From Clostridiales bacterium (GTDB lineage: Bacteria > Bacillota > Clostridia > Peptostreptococcales > Anaerovoracaceae), in assembly GCA_015058155.1 (NCBI GenBank), contig SVCW01000006.1, positions 14,408 to 78,407 of the forward strand: a stretch of DNA of 64,000 nt, read 5' to 3'. Both the position numbers and the translations under genes were made by a program. Under the pieces are notes generated by a model, which saw nothing but the letters and a program-made list of their open reading frames with translations, ran no database searches and was not told where the DNA came from. This document shows positions 37,686 through 47,201 of the stretch, piece after piece; position 1 is the stretch's first letter, and every line of letters begins with the position of its first letter.

Positions 37686-38039
37686 TTACTTGAGCTTTGC
37701 TGCCCAGTCTTCTTCTTTGAAACCGAGGAGCACAAAATCTTCTCCGACTACGAGCGGTCTCTTTACAAGAAGCCCGTCAGTTGCGAGAAGTCTGAGCTGC
37801 TCTTCTTCTGACATAGTCGGTATTTTGTCCTTGAGTTCCATTGACTTATAAAGCATCCCGCTAGTATTGTAAAACTTCTTGAGCGGAAGTCCACTCATTT
37901 CGTACCATTTCTTAAGCTCTTCATAACTTGGATTTTCTTCCTTAATAGGACGAAGATCGTAGCTGATATTGTTTTCGTCGAGCCACTTGAGTGCCTTCTT
38001 ACATGTTGTGCATCTTGAATAACATAAAACCTTTAACAT
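37686..38039 (-). CDS. ArsC/Spx-family thioredoxin-fold protein (CxxC)
   Basis: MLKVLCYSRCTTCKKALKWLDENNISY… ; start moved to the internal Met (MLKVLCY). Confidence 0.6.
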   Translation of the reverse strand: MLKVLCYSRCTTCKKALKWLDENNISYDLRPIKEENPSYEELKKWYEMSGLPLKKFYNTSGMLYKSMELKDKIPTMSEEEQLRLLATDGLLVKRPLVVGEDFVLLGFKEEDWAAKLK

Positions 38040-38243
38040 AACCTGCCTCCTTATATCTGATTCTGTGATTCTGAGTTTTGTTGTGATTGTATTATACTGC
38101 ATTTTGATACTTACGTTTCACCGTTCTGCATTTTTTGCAATTATTATTTGAATTGCAATTGCTTTTCTGACTTGTATTTACCCAAAAAACTTTTGCTTAC
38201 GCAATGAAACTATGATATAATTACAAAGTCTTTTGACATATAA

Positions 38244-38332
38244 TAAAACATATGGAAGCGTATCGAAGTGGTCATAACGAGCCGCACTCGAAATGCGGTG
38301 TACCTCCGGGTACCGTGGGTTCGAATCCCACC
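38244..38332 (+). tRNA. tRNA-Ser (anticodon CGA)
   Basis: GGAAGCG acceptor stem pairs with CGCTTCC plus G and CCA; D-arm TCG/CGA; anticodon stem CCGCA/TGCGG with loop CTCGAAA (anticodon CGA); long variable arm GTACC…GGTAC; T-arm GTGGG-TTCGAAT-CCCAC. Promoter TTGCTT-N17-TATAAT upstream, hairpin+T-run terminator downstream. Confidence 0.85.
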
Positions 38333-38444
38333 GCTTCCGCCAGACAGACAACATGGAATTGCCCATGTTGTTTTGTTTTTTGCAGGTTTCGACAGTGAAT
38401 GATGCTTGCAACTGCCGAAGTTTCTTTGCTTTCATCCCTATCCT

Positions 38445-38873
38445 CTATTTCTTTAATTCTTTAAGGAGTGCTGCGCAGTGTGCGTATTCGGCTTTGATTG
38501 TTTCCTGGTCGTTGTCACGGCAGGCTGCATGGTAGTTTTTGTGGCATTCGATGAATTCGAGTGTTTTCTGGAGTTCTTCGATCTGTTCTACGACGATCTG
38601 CCTTCTCTGTTCATACATTTCGATAATTTTATCGTGCTGCTCAAATCCGGGTCTGCTCCACTCCATTACCCGTCTGATTTCTTTGATTGACATTCCTGAC
38701 TTTTTGAGACACTCTATTGTTTCGAGCGTTTCGACATCTGTTTCTGAAAAGGCTCTGTAACCCGAAGCCTTTCTTTCTATATCGCTCAAAAGTCCTTCTT
38801 TGTCATAATACCTGATTGTTGTTGCCGGTATACCGAGTTTTTCAGCTACCTGTTTGATTGTATATGTGTTCAT
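38445..38873 (-). CDS. MerR-family transcriptional regulator
   Basis: MNTYTIKQVAEKLGIPATTIRYYDKEGLL HTH_MerR; divergent from the Fe–S aldo/keto reductase. Confidence 0.85.
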   Translation of the reverse strand: MNTYTIKQVAEKLGIPATTIRYYDKEGLLSDIERKASGYRAFSETDVETLETIECLKKSGMSIKEIRRVMEWSRPGFEQHDKIIEMYEQRRQIVVEQIEELQKTLEFIECHKNYHAACRDNDQETIKAEYAHCAALLKELKK

Positions 38874-38984
38874 TGTATCGCCTTTTTCTTTCCTGCCCGT
38901 ACAATTTTAATATCTGCGAGCTTGACCTTAAACTATACTCTAATGTTAAAATAATGATAACACGATTTCAAAAGGAGAACAACT

Positions 38985-40085
38985 ATGGAATACAGAAAAT
39001 TACCACACGGCGAAGCAAAGCTCAGTACAATCGGTATAGGCCTCGCAAATCTTCAGACCCAGGGCGCAGACGACAAGAACAGCCTTGAAGTTTTTGAAAC
39101 TGCATTTGAAGGCGGTATCAATTTCTTTGACCTCTGCTGTACAAAGGAAGATACTTTCAAGGTTTTTGGTAAGGTTGATAAAGGTGAAAGATCAAAGTTT
39201 CACACTCAGATGCATCTCGGTCAGATTTATATTGATGGCGAGTATGGTCGTGACAGAGATCTCGAAAAGACTAAGAGAGCTTTTGAAACTACACTTGAAT
39301 ATACAGGAATGGATTATACTGATTTCGGATTCATTCATTGCGTTGATGAAGATGAAGAATTCAATCAAATTATGGAGAACGGCACATGGGACTATCTCGT
39401 AAATCTTAAAAAGCAGGGAGTTGTAAAGCATATCGGTTTTTCATCACACACTCCTGAAATTGCAAAGAAATATATTGATACAGGGCTTGTTGACCTCTTT
39501 ATGTTCAGTGTTAATCCTGTATTTGACTATGGTAAGGGTGAATACGGAATCGGCGCTATTCAGGAACGTTCAGATTTCTATAAGTACTGTGAAAGTCTCG
39601 GAATCGGTATCACAGTTATGAAGCCTTTTGCCGGTGGCCAGCTTCTTGATGAAAAAGCTTCTCCTCTAGGAATCGCACTTACACATAATCAGTGTATCAA
39701 ATACGTTCTCGACAGACCTGCTGTGCTTTCTGCTCTTCCAGGCGTAACTTCAGCTGAAGAAGTAAAGAAAGTACTTGAATATTATAAGGCATCTGATGAA
39801 GATAAGGATTACTCAATTATCGGCACTGCAACACCTAGTGAAGCTGTAGGTCGCTGTGTGTATTGTAACCACTGCGCTCCATGTCCTGTAGGCATCAATG
39901 TAAGCCTTGTAAATAAGTATTATGACCTTGCAAAGCTTGGTGATGCTCTTGCAGCTGACCATTACAAGAAACTTTCGCTTCATGCCGGTGACTGTGTCCA
40001 GTGCGGTAGCTGCAACTCAAGATGTCCTTTCAAGGTTAATCAGACTGACAGAATGCTCGAAATCAAGGATTACTTCGGTTTCTAA
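38985..40085 (+). CDS. Aldo/keto reductase with C-terminal [4Fe-4S] domain
   Basis: AKR TIM-barrel N-terminus; C-terminal CVYCNHCAPCP and CVQCGSCNSRCP. Confidence 0.85.
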   Translation: MEYRKLPHGEAKLSTIGIGLANLQTQGADDKNSLEVFETAFEGGINFFDLCCTKEDTFKVFGKVDKGERSKFHTQMHLGQIYIDGEYGRDRDLEKTKRAFETTLEYTGMDYTDFGFIHCVDEDEEFNQIMENGTWDYLVNLKKQGVVKHIGFSSHTPEIAKKYIDTGLVDLFMFSVNPVFDYGKGEYGIGAIQERSDFYKYCESLGIGITVMKPFAGGQLLDEKASPLGIALTHNQCIKYVLDRPAVLSALPGVTSAEEVKKVLEYYKASDEDKDYSIIGTATPSEAVGRCVYCNHCAPCPVGINVSLVNKYYDLAKLGDALAADHYKKLSLHAGDCVQCGSCNSRCPFKVNQTDRMLEIKDYFGF

Positions 40086-40203
40086 ATTGTTCTATATAAT
40101 CTCTTAACACTAAATCCCCTTCGCTTAATATACTCTTTATATGTCTTATGCGATAATCTGTATATTGCAAGGGGATTTTAATTTTGGGATTAAGGAGTTT
40201 TAT

Positions 40204-41538
40204 ATGTTTAGTTTTCTACACAGAATCGGACATATGACCTCATCACAGATTATAATTCTGGGGTTTATTGTCGCGATTTTAATCGGGGCGCTGCTTCTTA
40301 CACTACCGTTTGCTACAAACGATGGTAAGGGGGCGTCTTTTTCTGATGCTTTGTTTACTGCAACGTCTGCGGCCTGTGTTACAGGGCTCGTTGTTCAGGA
40401 TACGGCTACATACTGGTCACTGTTTGGTCAAATAGTGATACTCATTATGATTCAGACAGGCGGCATGGGTGTTGTGACAGTCGCTGTTCTTCTGGCGATT
40501 CTGTCCGGTCGAAAAATCGGGCTTATGCAGCGAAGCACGATGCAGGAATCCGTTTCTGCGCCTTCACCGGGAGGTATCATAAGGTTTACAGGCTTTATTT
40601 TAAAAACAACTTTATTAATTGAACTACTCGGATTTTTTATAATGCTTCCTGTATTTACTAAAGATTTCGGTTTATCAGGAATATGGTATGCCATCTTTCA
40701 TTCCGTTTCTGCCTTCTGTAATGCCGGTTTTGACCTTATGGGAGTAAACGCACCCTACTCTTCTCTGACACACTATGCTGACAATCCTGTTATTAACATT
40801 GCAATTATGATACTGATAATTACGGGCGGTCTCGGATTTCTGACGTGGCAGGATATAAGAACAAATCATATCCACATAAGAAAGTACAAAATGCAAAGCA
40901 AAGTAATACTTACCGTAACAACACTTCTTATTTTATTTCCAGCACTGTTTTTCTTCTTTTTTGAGTTTCATAACTTGCCTCTGGATGAACGTTTCTGGTA
41001 TTCACTCTTCTGCTCCGTATCGCCAAGAACTGCAGGTTTTAATACTGCTCAACTTACTGAAATGAGTGAATCAGGGACATTGCTTACTATTATTCTTATG
41101 CTTATAGGCGGTTCACCCGGCTCTACGGCAGGAGGAATGAAGACTACTACTCTTGCAGTCCTTGCAGTAACTTCCTTTTCTGTATTCTCACACAAGGAGT
41201 CTCCTCACTGTTTCGGCAGAAGGATCAGCGAAGATATTGTAAAGAAGGCAGCGGCAATACTTATGATATACCTGACACTTTTTCTCGCTGGTGGTATATT
41301 TATAAGTCTTCACGAAAATACCCCGATACTTACAGCTTTGTACGAAACGGCATCTGCTATAGGAACTGTAGGTCTTACACTTGGTATAACACCGGAGCTC
41401 GGACTATCTTCACGACTTGTTCTTATATTGCTTATGTTTTTCGGACGTGTAGGAGGACTTACTCTTATATTTGCCGCTCTGTCTGATTACCATAAGGAAT
41501 CTTCAAAACTTCCAAAAGAAAAAATTACTGTTGGTTAA
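40204..41538 (+). CDS. ktrB: TrkH/KtrB-family K+ uptake membrane subunit
   Basis: Four pore-loop (MPM) repeats with GGxG selectivity filters (QTGGMG, ITGGLG, GGSPGS, GTVGL); start at ATG ~40204 with AAGGAG RBS. Confidence 0.85.
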   Translation: MFSFLHRIGHMTSSQIIILGFIVAILIGALLLTLPFATNDGKGASFSDALFTATSAACVTGLVVQDTATYWSLFGQIVILIMIQTGGMGVVTVAVLLAILSGRKIGLMQRSTMQESVSAPSPGGIIRFTGFILKTTLLIELLGFFIMLPVFTKDFGLSGIWYAIFHSVSAFCNAGFDLMGVNAPYSSLTHYADNPVINIAIMILIITGGLGFLTWQDIRTNHIHIRKYKMQSKVILTVTTLLILFPALFFFFFEFHNLPLDERFWYSLFCSVSPRTAGFNTAQLTEMSESGTLLTIILMLIGGSPGSTAGGMKTTTLAVLAVTSFSVFSHKESPHCFGRRISEDIVKKAAAILMIYLTLFLAGGIFISLHENTPILTALYETASAIGTVGLTLGITPELGLSSRLVLILLMFFGRVGGLTLIFAALSDYHKESSKLPKEKITVG

Positions 41539-41576
41539 TTTCCGGACATATTCCGGTATTTGAAAGGAGTTATATT

Positions 41577-41981
41577 ATGAAATCTGTTCTTCTTGTCGGA
41601 CTTGGAAGATTTGGAAAGCATATTGTCTTCAATCTTGAAAGTCTTGGTTATGAATTAATGGCAGTCGATAATGATGAAGCAAAAGTTGACGAGATACTTG
41701 CACACGTTACAAATGCACAGATTGGAGACAGTACCAATGAAGAATTTCTGAAGTCACTTGGTGTAAATAATTTCGATTACTGCATCGTTGCCATCGGTTC
41801 AAATTTCCAGAGTTCACTCGAAACTACTTCCCTTCTTAAAGAACTTGGAGGCAAAGTTGTAATCTCAAGAGCATCAAGAGATGTTCAGGCTAAATTTTTA
41901 CTTAGAAATGGTGCGGATCACGTCGTTTACCCTGAAAAGGAAATGGCTGCCCGCCTTGTTCATGATTATATACATAACTGA
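41577..41981 (+). CDS. ktrA: KtrA/TrkA-family regulatory subunit, RCK_N domain only (134 aa)
   Basis: MKSVLLVGLGRFGKHIVFNL… Rossmann NAD-binding (GxGxxG); no RCK_C domain; a hairpin terminator follows the stop. Confidence 0.75.
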   Translation: MKSVLLVGLGRFGKHIVFNLESLGYELMAVDNDEAKVDEILAHVTNAQIGDSTNEEFLKSLGVNNFDYCIVAIGSNFQSSLETTSLLKELGGKVVISRASRDVQAKFLLRNGADHVVYPEKEMAARLVHDYIHN

Positions 41982-42040
41982 TTCTACGCATTAAAAAAGG
42001 CGGCACATTTGTGCCGCCATGTATTTTACTTGTAACGTTA

Positions 42041-42811
42041 TTACTGGAGAGTCTTTCCGCCGTCGCATACGAAGTTTGCGCCGTTAACGTATCTGGCTTC
42101 ATCTGAAAGGAGGAAGCAAACAACTTCTGCCATTTCTTCAGGAGTTGAAGGTCTGTCCATAGTTCCGTTGTTGAGTGAGTTCTTGTCCTGTGGTTCGCCT
42201 GCATCATCATACTGTGCAAGGATTCCGTCGAGCATATCTGTATCAACCCATCCTGGTGAGTAGCAGTTACATCTTACGCCTGTTCTTCCGTTTTCACCAG
42301 CAACGTTCATTGTCATACCGAGTACAGCAAACTTTGATGAACCATAACCAACTTCGAGGTCATATCCTCTCATACCTGAGCATGAGCAAGTATTAACGAT
42401 AGCACCCTTCTTCTGTCTCTTCATGATTGGGAGGCAGTACTTCATCATGAGGAATGTTCCGAATACGTTGATTTCATATACCTTCTTGAAATCTTCAAAT
42501 GTATAATCTTCTGCCCATGCGCTTGGTCCTGAAATACCAGCGATGTTTGCAAGAACGTCAATCTTTCCGTACTTTGCTTCTACTTCAGCTACTACCTTCT
42601 TAACGTCTTCTTCTGAGCTTACGTCAGCTGCCATAGCTTCGCACTGAGGTCCGATTTCATCTACAACGCCCTGAAGCTTTTCAAGTCTTCTTCCGATAAC
42701 GATAACCTTTTCTGCACCTTCCCAAGCGAGCTGCTTAGCAACTGCCTTACCAATACCAGTTCCGCCACCAGTAACGATTGCGATCTGACCGTCAAATCTG
42801 TTCTTGTTCAT
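42041..42811 (-). CDS. SDR-family oxidoreductase
   Basis: IAIVTGGGTGIGKAVA (TGxxxGxG), YxxxK catalytic motif (YGSSK), 256 aa. Confidence 0.9.
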   Translation of the reverse strand: MNKNRFDGQIAIVTGGGTGIGKAVAKQLAWEGAEKVIVIGRRLEKLQGVVDEIGPQCEAMAADVSSEEDVKKVVAEVEAKYGKIDVLANIAGISGPSAWAEDYTFEDFKKVYEINVFGTFLMMKYCLPIMKRQKKGAIVNTCSCSGMRGYDLEVGYGSSKFAVLGMTMNVAGENGRTGVRCNCYSPGWVDTDMLDGILAQYDDAGEPQDKNSLNNGTMDRPSTPEEMAEVVCFLLSDEARYVNGANFVCDGGKTLQ

Positions 42812-42888
42812 TTCGTCCTCCTATATAAAAACATAAAATCTAAACCTGATTATTCAGACTTATTAAATTATACAAAAGCGACATCATA

Positions 42889-42957
42889 TTGTCAAATAAT
42901 TGTCATTTCCGCTGTGTAAATTTGTCGTTAATTGTCGATTCAGGGTACCATTTGTCA
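42889..42957. repeat. Helically phased array of five TTGTC(A/G) hexamers in a divergent promoter region
   Basis: TTGTCA at ~42889 and 42900, TTGTCG at 42922 and 42932, TTGTCA at 42952 (spacings 11, 22, 10, 20 nt), between the SDR gene and the hybrid kinase gene. Confidence 0.4.
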
Positions 42958-43027
42958 TAAACTGATGTTTGAAATTATCATAAACTTGTGCGATACTTTA
43001 CTCATAATACTGAAGGAGGATAAGCTT

Positions 43028-44674
43028 TTGAAATATACAGGAAAAATCAATTTTGACGCACTCGATATTGAAAGCCAGGAATTCAAAGAAATAGTATATG
43101 CCGTAGCAAACGGATACGAATATCTTAAACTTGTCAACATCAAAGACAGAGAAAGCAGTGTAATCAAGATAAGTCCCCTTCTCGATAATCTGATCGGCGA
43201 TTCATCACCTGAAAATGTGCCTGTTTTCATACTTGAAAACCTGATACTTCCTGAGTATAAGGAACGTTTCAGTTACTTTATAAATGTCGACAGAATCATT
43301 GACACACTGAACGAAAGAAAGAAAACCGATACAATTGATATCCAGCTTCTTGCTGACGATGGAAGTATCATCTGGCTCAGAGTAAAAGTTATTCTGATTT
43401 CATCAAACCCTGAAGATGGTATGCCTTGGTCGTATCTTGCAACAATGACCGATATTACCCAGGAAAAGAATGACGAGCAAAAGACTTTTGAAGCACTTCA
43501 GGTTGCTTTTGACTCCGCCCAGCAGGCAAACTCTGCAAAGAGCGACTTTCTCTCACGTATGAGCCATGATATAAGAACTCCTATGAACGCAATCATAGGC
43601 ATGACTGCCATCGCTGCAACATGCCTTGATGATAAGGAAAGACTCTCAAACTGCCTTGAGAAGATCAACATTTCGTCAAAGCACCTTATGAGCCTCATCA
43701 ACGAAGTTCTCGATATGTCCAGAATTGAATCTGGCAGAATGGTTCTTTCCGAAGAAAAAATTAATATTCACGACCTTGTGGACAGTCTTGTTTCGATTAT
43801 CCATCCTCAGGTAGAAAACAAAAAACAGCATCTTGAAGTATCTGTTTCCGATATTACTCATCCATACGTAATCGGTGACAGCCTGAGATTACAACAATGT
43901 TTCCTCAATTTCCTCAATAATGCAGTAAAATATACTCCTGAAGGTGGCTGCGTCACTCTTTCGGTGACTGAAAGACCTGACAGCAGTGCTGATTCATCAA
44001 TATACGAATTTATAATTGAAGATAACGGGTACGGTATGAAACCTGACTTCCTGAATCATATCTTCGAGCCTTTTGCAAGAGAAGAAGACAGCCGTATAAG
44101 CAAAATACAGGGTACAGGACTCGGAATGCCGATAGCCTACAATATCGTAAGTCTGATGGACGGTAGTATCGATGTTACAAGTATTCCTGACAAAGGTTCA
44201 AAATTTATCGTTACTATAAGACTTAAAGTACAGACAGGTCCTGAAAATCAGGAAGCTTCTTCAGACACTCAGAAGGAATCCGAAACTTATGATTTTACAG
44301 GTAAGAGAATCCTTATTGTAGAAGATAATGAAATTAACCTCGAAATAGCAGAAGAGCTCCTGCAAATGACGGGAGCTACGATTGAAACTGCTGAAAATGG
44401 TAAAATTGCTCTCGATATGGTAAGAGAGTCAGAAGCTTTTCATTATGACCTTATAATCATGGATATTCAGATGCCTGTAATGAATGGTTATAACGCAACA
44501 ATGGCGATAAGATCACTCGACAGGCCTGATACAAAGTCCCTGCCTATTTTTGCTATGACTGCAAATGCTTTTGTCGAAGATGTGGACATGGCAAGAAATG
44601 CAGGTATGCAGGAACATATAGCAAAACCGCTTAATATCGAAACTTTATACTCTGCTATAAAGAAGTGGGTATAA
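43028..44674 (+). CDS. Hybrid sensor histidine kinase / response regulator (cytoplasmic)
   Basis: HisKA H-box SHDIRTPMNAIIGM, HATPase (DNGYGM, GTGLGM), C-terminal receiver (ILIVEDNEINLE…IMDIQMP); no TM. Start set at TTG 43028 (GGAGGA RBS 7 nt upstream); the ORF-track ATG at 42932 lies in the repeat array. Confidence 0.85.
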   Translation: MKYTGKINFDALDIESQEFKEIVYAVANGYEYLKLVNIKDRESSVIKISPLLDNLIGDSSPENVPVFILENLILPEYKERFSYFINVDRIIDTLNERKKTDTIDIQLLADDGSIIWLRVKVILISSNPEDGMPWSYLATMTDITQEKNDEQKTFEALQVAFDSAQQANSAKSDFLSRMSHDIRTPMNAIIGMTAIAATCLDDKERLSNCLEKINISSKHLMSLINEVLDMSRIESGRMVLSEEKINIHDLVDSLVSIIHPQVENKKQHLEVSVSDITHPYVIGDSLRLQQCFLNFLNNAVKYTPEGGCVTLSVTERPDSSADSSIYEFIIEDNGYGMKPDFLNHIFEPFAREEDSRISKIQGTGLGMPIAYNIVSLMDGSIDVTSIPDKGSKFIVTIRLKVQTGPENQEASSDTQKESETYDFTGKRILIVEDNEINLEIAEELLQMTGATIETAENGKIALDMVRESEAFHYDLIIMDIQMPVMNGYNATMAIRSLDRPDTKSLPIFAMTANAFVEDVDMARNAGMQEHIAKPLNIETLYSAIKKWV

Positions 44675-45620
44675 TAAACCGTGCTGAAAGCGGGTTGATT
44701 TCGAGACTCATTCTCTCCGAATCTATCATTTCACCATCAATACAAGGGCGCATGATTCCGTCAAAGGCTTCAATCATGACGCTCTTTTTTTTATTATACA
44801 TAACCGCTCTTTTTCCGAGCTTTGTTTCAAGATGTGTACCTTTCTGGTATTTCGGAACAAGGGTTACGAATTCTCTTCTCTTAAGATCATTTACGATGCT
44901 GACGTCCATAAGACCGTCATCAGTTTTTGCAAGAGGAATTCCTTTCCATCCACCACCACAGTAACATCCGTTTGTGAATGCCGAAAGAAGAATCGGTCCT
45001 TCCTTTATTACTTCTCCTTCCGATGTAATTCTGACCTTTGCTCCCTTCTTTTTTACAAGAAGTATCACAACGCCGAGTATATATGCGAGCGATCCTGATA
45101 TAAATGGCTTTGTTTTTAGTACGGCTGTTAGATCAACTACATTTGCATCAAAACCGAGGTTTACCATATTTACTACACTGCCTGTTTTGATCTCCCCTTT
45201 ATACTCATTTCTGTATGTAATCGTATCAATTGAAATCGGTGTGCCCATAATCTGTGCACATATATCGAGGAACTGTTCTGCAGTACCGAAATTTCTTATA
45301 AAATCATTTCCTGTTCCGATCGGAATTACACCGAAAGCAGTATTTTCAAACCCGATAAGTCCGTTTACTACTTCATTGTGAGTACCATCTCCGCCGCAGG
45401 CATAGAATCGATACTCTTCTTTTAAAGTTCCTTCAAGTGTTTCCGAGTCTCTTTTTTCAAGGCGTGTGCGTACATATTCTGTTGCATCGCCGACACACTT
45501 TGTCATATATATTTCGAAATCAGCTCCGGTACTTTTTGCTGCTGTTTCTATTTTGTCCGTAAAATTCTTTTCTCCTGCCCTCTGTCCTGCTGCAGGATTT
45601 ACAATAAAAATGTGCTTCAT
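44655..45620 (-). CDS. Diacylglycerol/lipid kinase (DagK/YegS/BmrU family)
   Basis: MKHIFIVNPAAG…, CGGDGT catalytic motif; 3' end overlaps the convergent kinase gene by 20 nt. Confidence 0.85.
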   Translation of the reverse strand: MKHIFIVNPAAGQRAGEKNFTDKIETAAKSTGADFEIYMTKCVGDATEYVRTRLEKRDSETLEGTLKEEYRFYACGGDGTHNEVVNGLIGFENTAFGVIPIGTGNDFIRNFGTAEQFLDICAQIMGTPISIDTITYRNEYKGEIKTGSVVNMVNLGFDANVVDLTAVLKTKPFISGSLAYILGVVILLVKKKGAKVRITSEGEVIKEGPILLSAFTNGCYCGGGWKGIPLAKTDDGLMDVSIVNDLKRREFVTLVPKYQKGTHLETKLGKRAVMYNKKKSVMIEAFDGIMRPCIDGEMIDSERMSLEINPLSARFIIPTSL

Positions 45621-45748
45621 ATTTTTCCTCGTATAGTGATTCCACTTTTAAATAATTAGCCTTCAGACAAAAATATTATACAATACATCATTCTTTTAAA
45701 GCAAATAGAAATGGTGTATAATTAGCTTTGTATTAGAGGAGGTATACT

Positions 45749-46858
45749 ATGGATCCAAGAATTAAGAAATTAGCAGATGTACTTGTACATTATTCAACTG
45801 ACATACAGCCCGGCGACAATGTGCTTGTTCTTTATGAAGGAAATGAAACTCGCCCGCTTGTCCAGCAGGTTATAAAAGAAATATATGCGGCCGGCGGATT
45901 TCCTCACGTAAAAATCAGAGATTCCAAGATTACAAGAGAAATACTTCTTGGTGCTTCTGAAAAGCAGATTGAATTCATGAATGAAGTTGATCTCATGCAG
46001 ATGAAAGGCATGCAGGCATATATCGGAATTTACGGCGGAGAAAATATTGCAGAACTCGCTGATGTTCCAGCCGAAAAGCTCAACATGTATTATAAACTCA
46101 CAGGCCCTACTCTTGACTATCGTGTAAACGAGACAAAATGGGTAATCCTCAGATATCCGAACAATTCAATGGCTCAGCTTTCAAATACAAGCCTTGAAAA
46201 ATTCGAAGACTTCTACTTCGATGTATGTACGCTCGATTACAGCAAAATGAACGATGCTATGGATGCTCTAGTAGACCTCATGAACAGAACAGACAAAGTA
46301 CGTCTCACTGGTCCTGGAACTGATCTCACGTTCTCAATCAAGGATATTCCTGCAATCAAGTGTGCCGGTACAAACAATATTCCTGACGGCGAAGTATTTA
46401 CTGCTCCTGTAAAGGATTCAATGAACGGAATTATTTCATACAACACTCGTTCGTCGGAACAGGGCTTTGTTTTTGATAATATCGTATTTGTAATTGAAAA
46501 CGGAAAGATTGTAAAAGCGACTGCCAATAACGACGAAAGAATCAATGCCCTTCTTGATACTGATGATGGTTCAAGATACTTCGGAGAGTTTGCAATCGGT
46601 GTTAACCCTTATATTCTTGAACCTATGCTTGATACACTTTTCGATGAAAAAATCTGCGGTTCATTCCATCTAACACCGGGACAGTGTTATGAAGAAGCGC
46701 CAAACGGAAACGACAGTGCTGTCCACTGGGATCTCGTTATGATTCAGAGACCTGAATACGGCGGTGGGGAAATCTGGTTTGACGATGTTCTTATAAGAAA
46801 AGACGGACTCTTTGTCATCCCTGAACTTGAATGTCTCAACCCTGAAAATCTCAAATAA
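45749..46858 (+). CDS. M29-family aminopeptidase (AmpS / aminopeptidase T-like)
   Basis: 369 aa, peptidase M29 signature; followed by terminator GCGCGGGAAAACCCGCGCGTTTTTT. Confidence 0.9.
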   Translation: MDPRIKKLADVLVHYSTDIQPGDNVLVLYEGNETRPLVQQVIKEIYAAGGFPHVKIRDSKITREILLGASEKQIEFMNEVDLMQMKGMQAYIGIYGGENIAELADVPAEKLNMYYKLTGPTLDYRVNETKWVILRYPNNSMAQLSNTSLEKFEDFYFDVCTLDYSKMNDAMDALVDLMNRTDKVRLTGPGTDLTFSIKDIPAIKCAGTNNIPDGEVFTAPVKDSMNGIISYNTRSSEQGFVFDNIVFVIENGKIVKATANNDERINALLDTDDGSRYFGEFAIGVNPYILEPMLDTLFDEKICGSFHLTPGQCYEEAPNGNDSAVHWDLVMIQRPEYGGGEIWFDDVLIRKDGLFVIPELECLNPENLK

Positions 46859-46886
46859 TTTACGCGCGGGAAAACCCGCGCGTTTT

Positions 46887-47153
46887 TTATACTACTCTTT
46901 TATATATTGTTTTACCGTTTTCTTCATGCTCAATGAAAATTCCGCGATGTGTTATTTCGCTTTTTTCAAGTATCGATACTGCATTCCGGATTTTCTGACT
47001 GTCAGTTTTAAGTGTCAGCGCATAGCCACAAGTGTGAAGCACTTCCGGTGGGAGCCTTCTTGCAATCGTTCTTATTCCACCTTCCGAAAGTTTTTCCTGC
47101 GCATATGCTGCCTTATAGAATGATGAAAACGCTATTATATAGTTATTTGTCAT
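46887..47153 (-). CDS. DUF3343-family small protein
   Basis: 88 aa, YIIAFSSFYKAAYAQEKL…PPEVLHTCGYALTLK, matching the DUF3343 pattern. Confidence 0.55.
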   Translation of the reverse strand: MTNNYIIAFSSFYKAAYAQEKLSEGGIRTIARRLPPEVLHTCGYALTLKTDSQKIRNAVSILEKSEITHRGIFIEHEENGKTIYKRVV

Positions 47154-47201
47154 TGTTATTCCCTCCAGTCAGTATATTATATGCAGTTTTCCCTGCTTGC
47201 G

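Noticed and set aside
38178-38535. Two overlapping ORFs (85 aa minus, 80 aa plus)
   Set aside because: They overlap the tRNA-Ser gene and its promoter and terminator. Low-complexity translations.
42932-43027. ORF-track ATG start extending the hybrid kinase by 32 codons
   Set aside because: No RBS. The region is occupied by the TTGTC(A/G) repeat array. TTG at 43028 is preceded by GGAGGA at optimal spacing.
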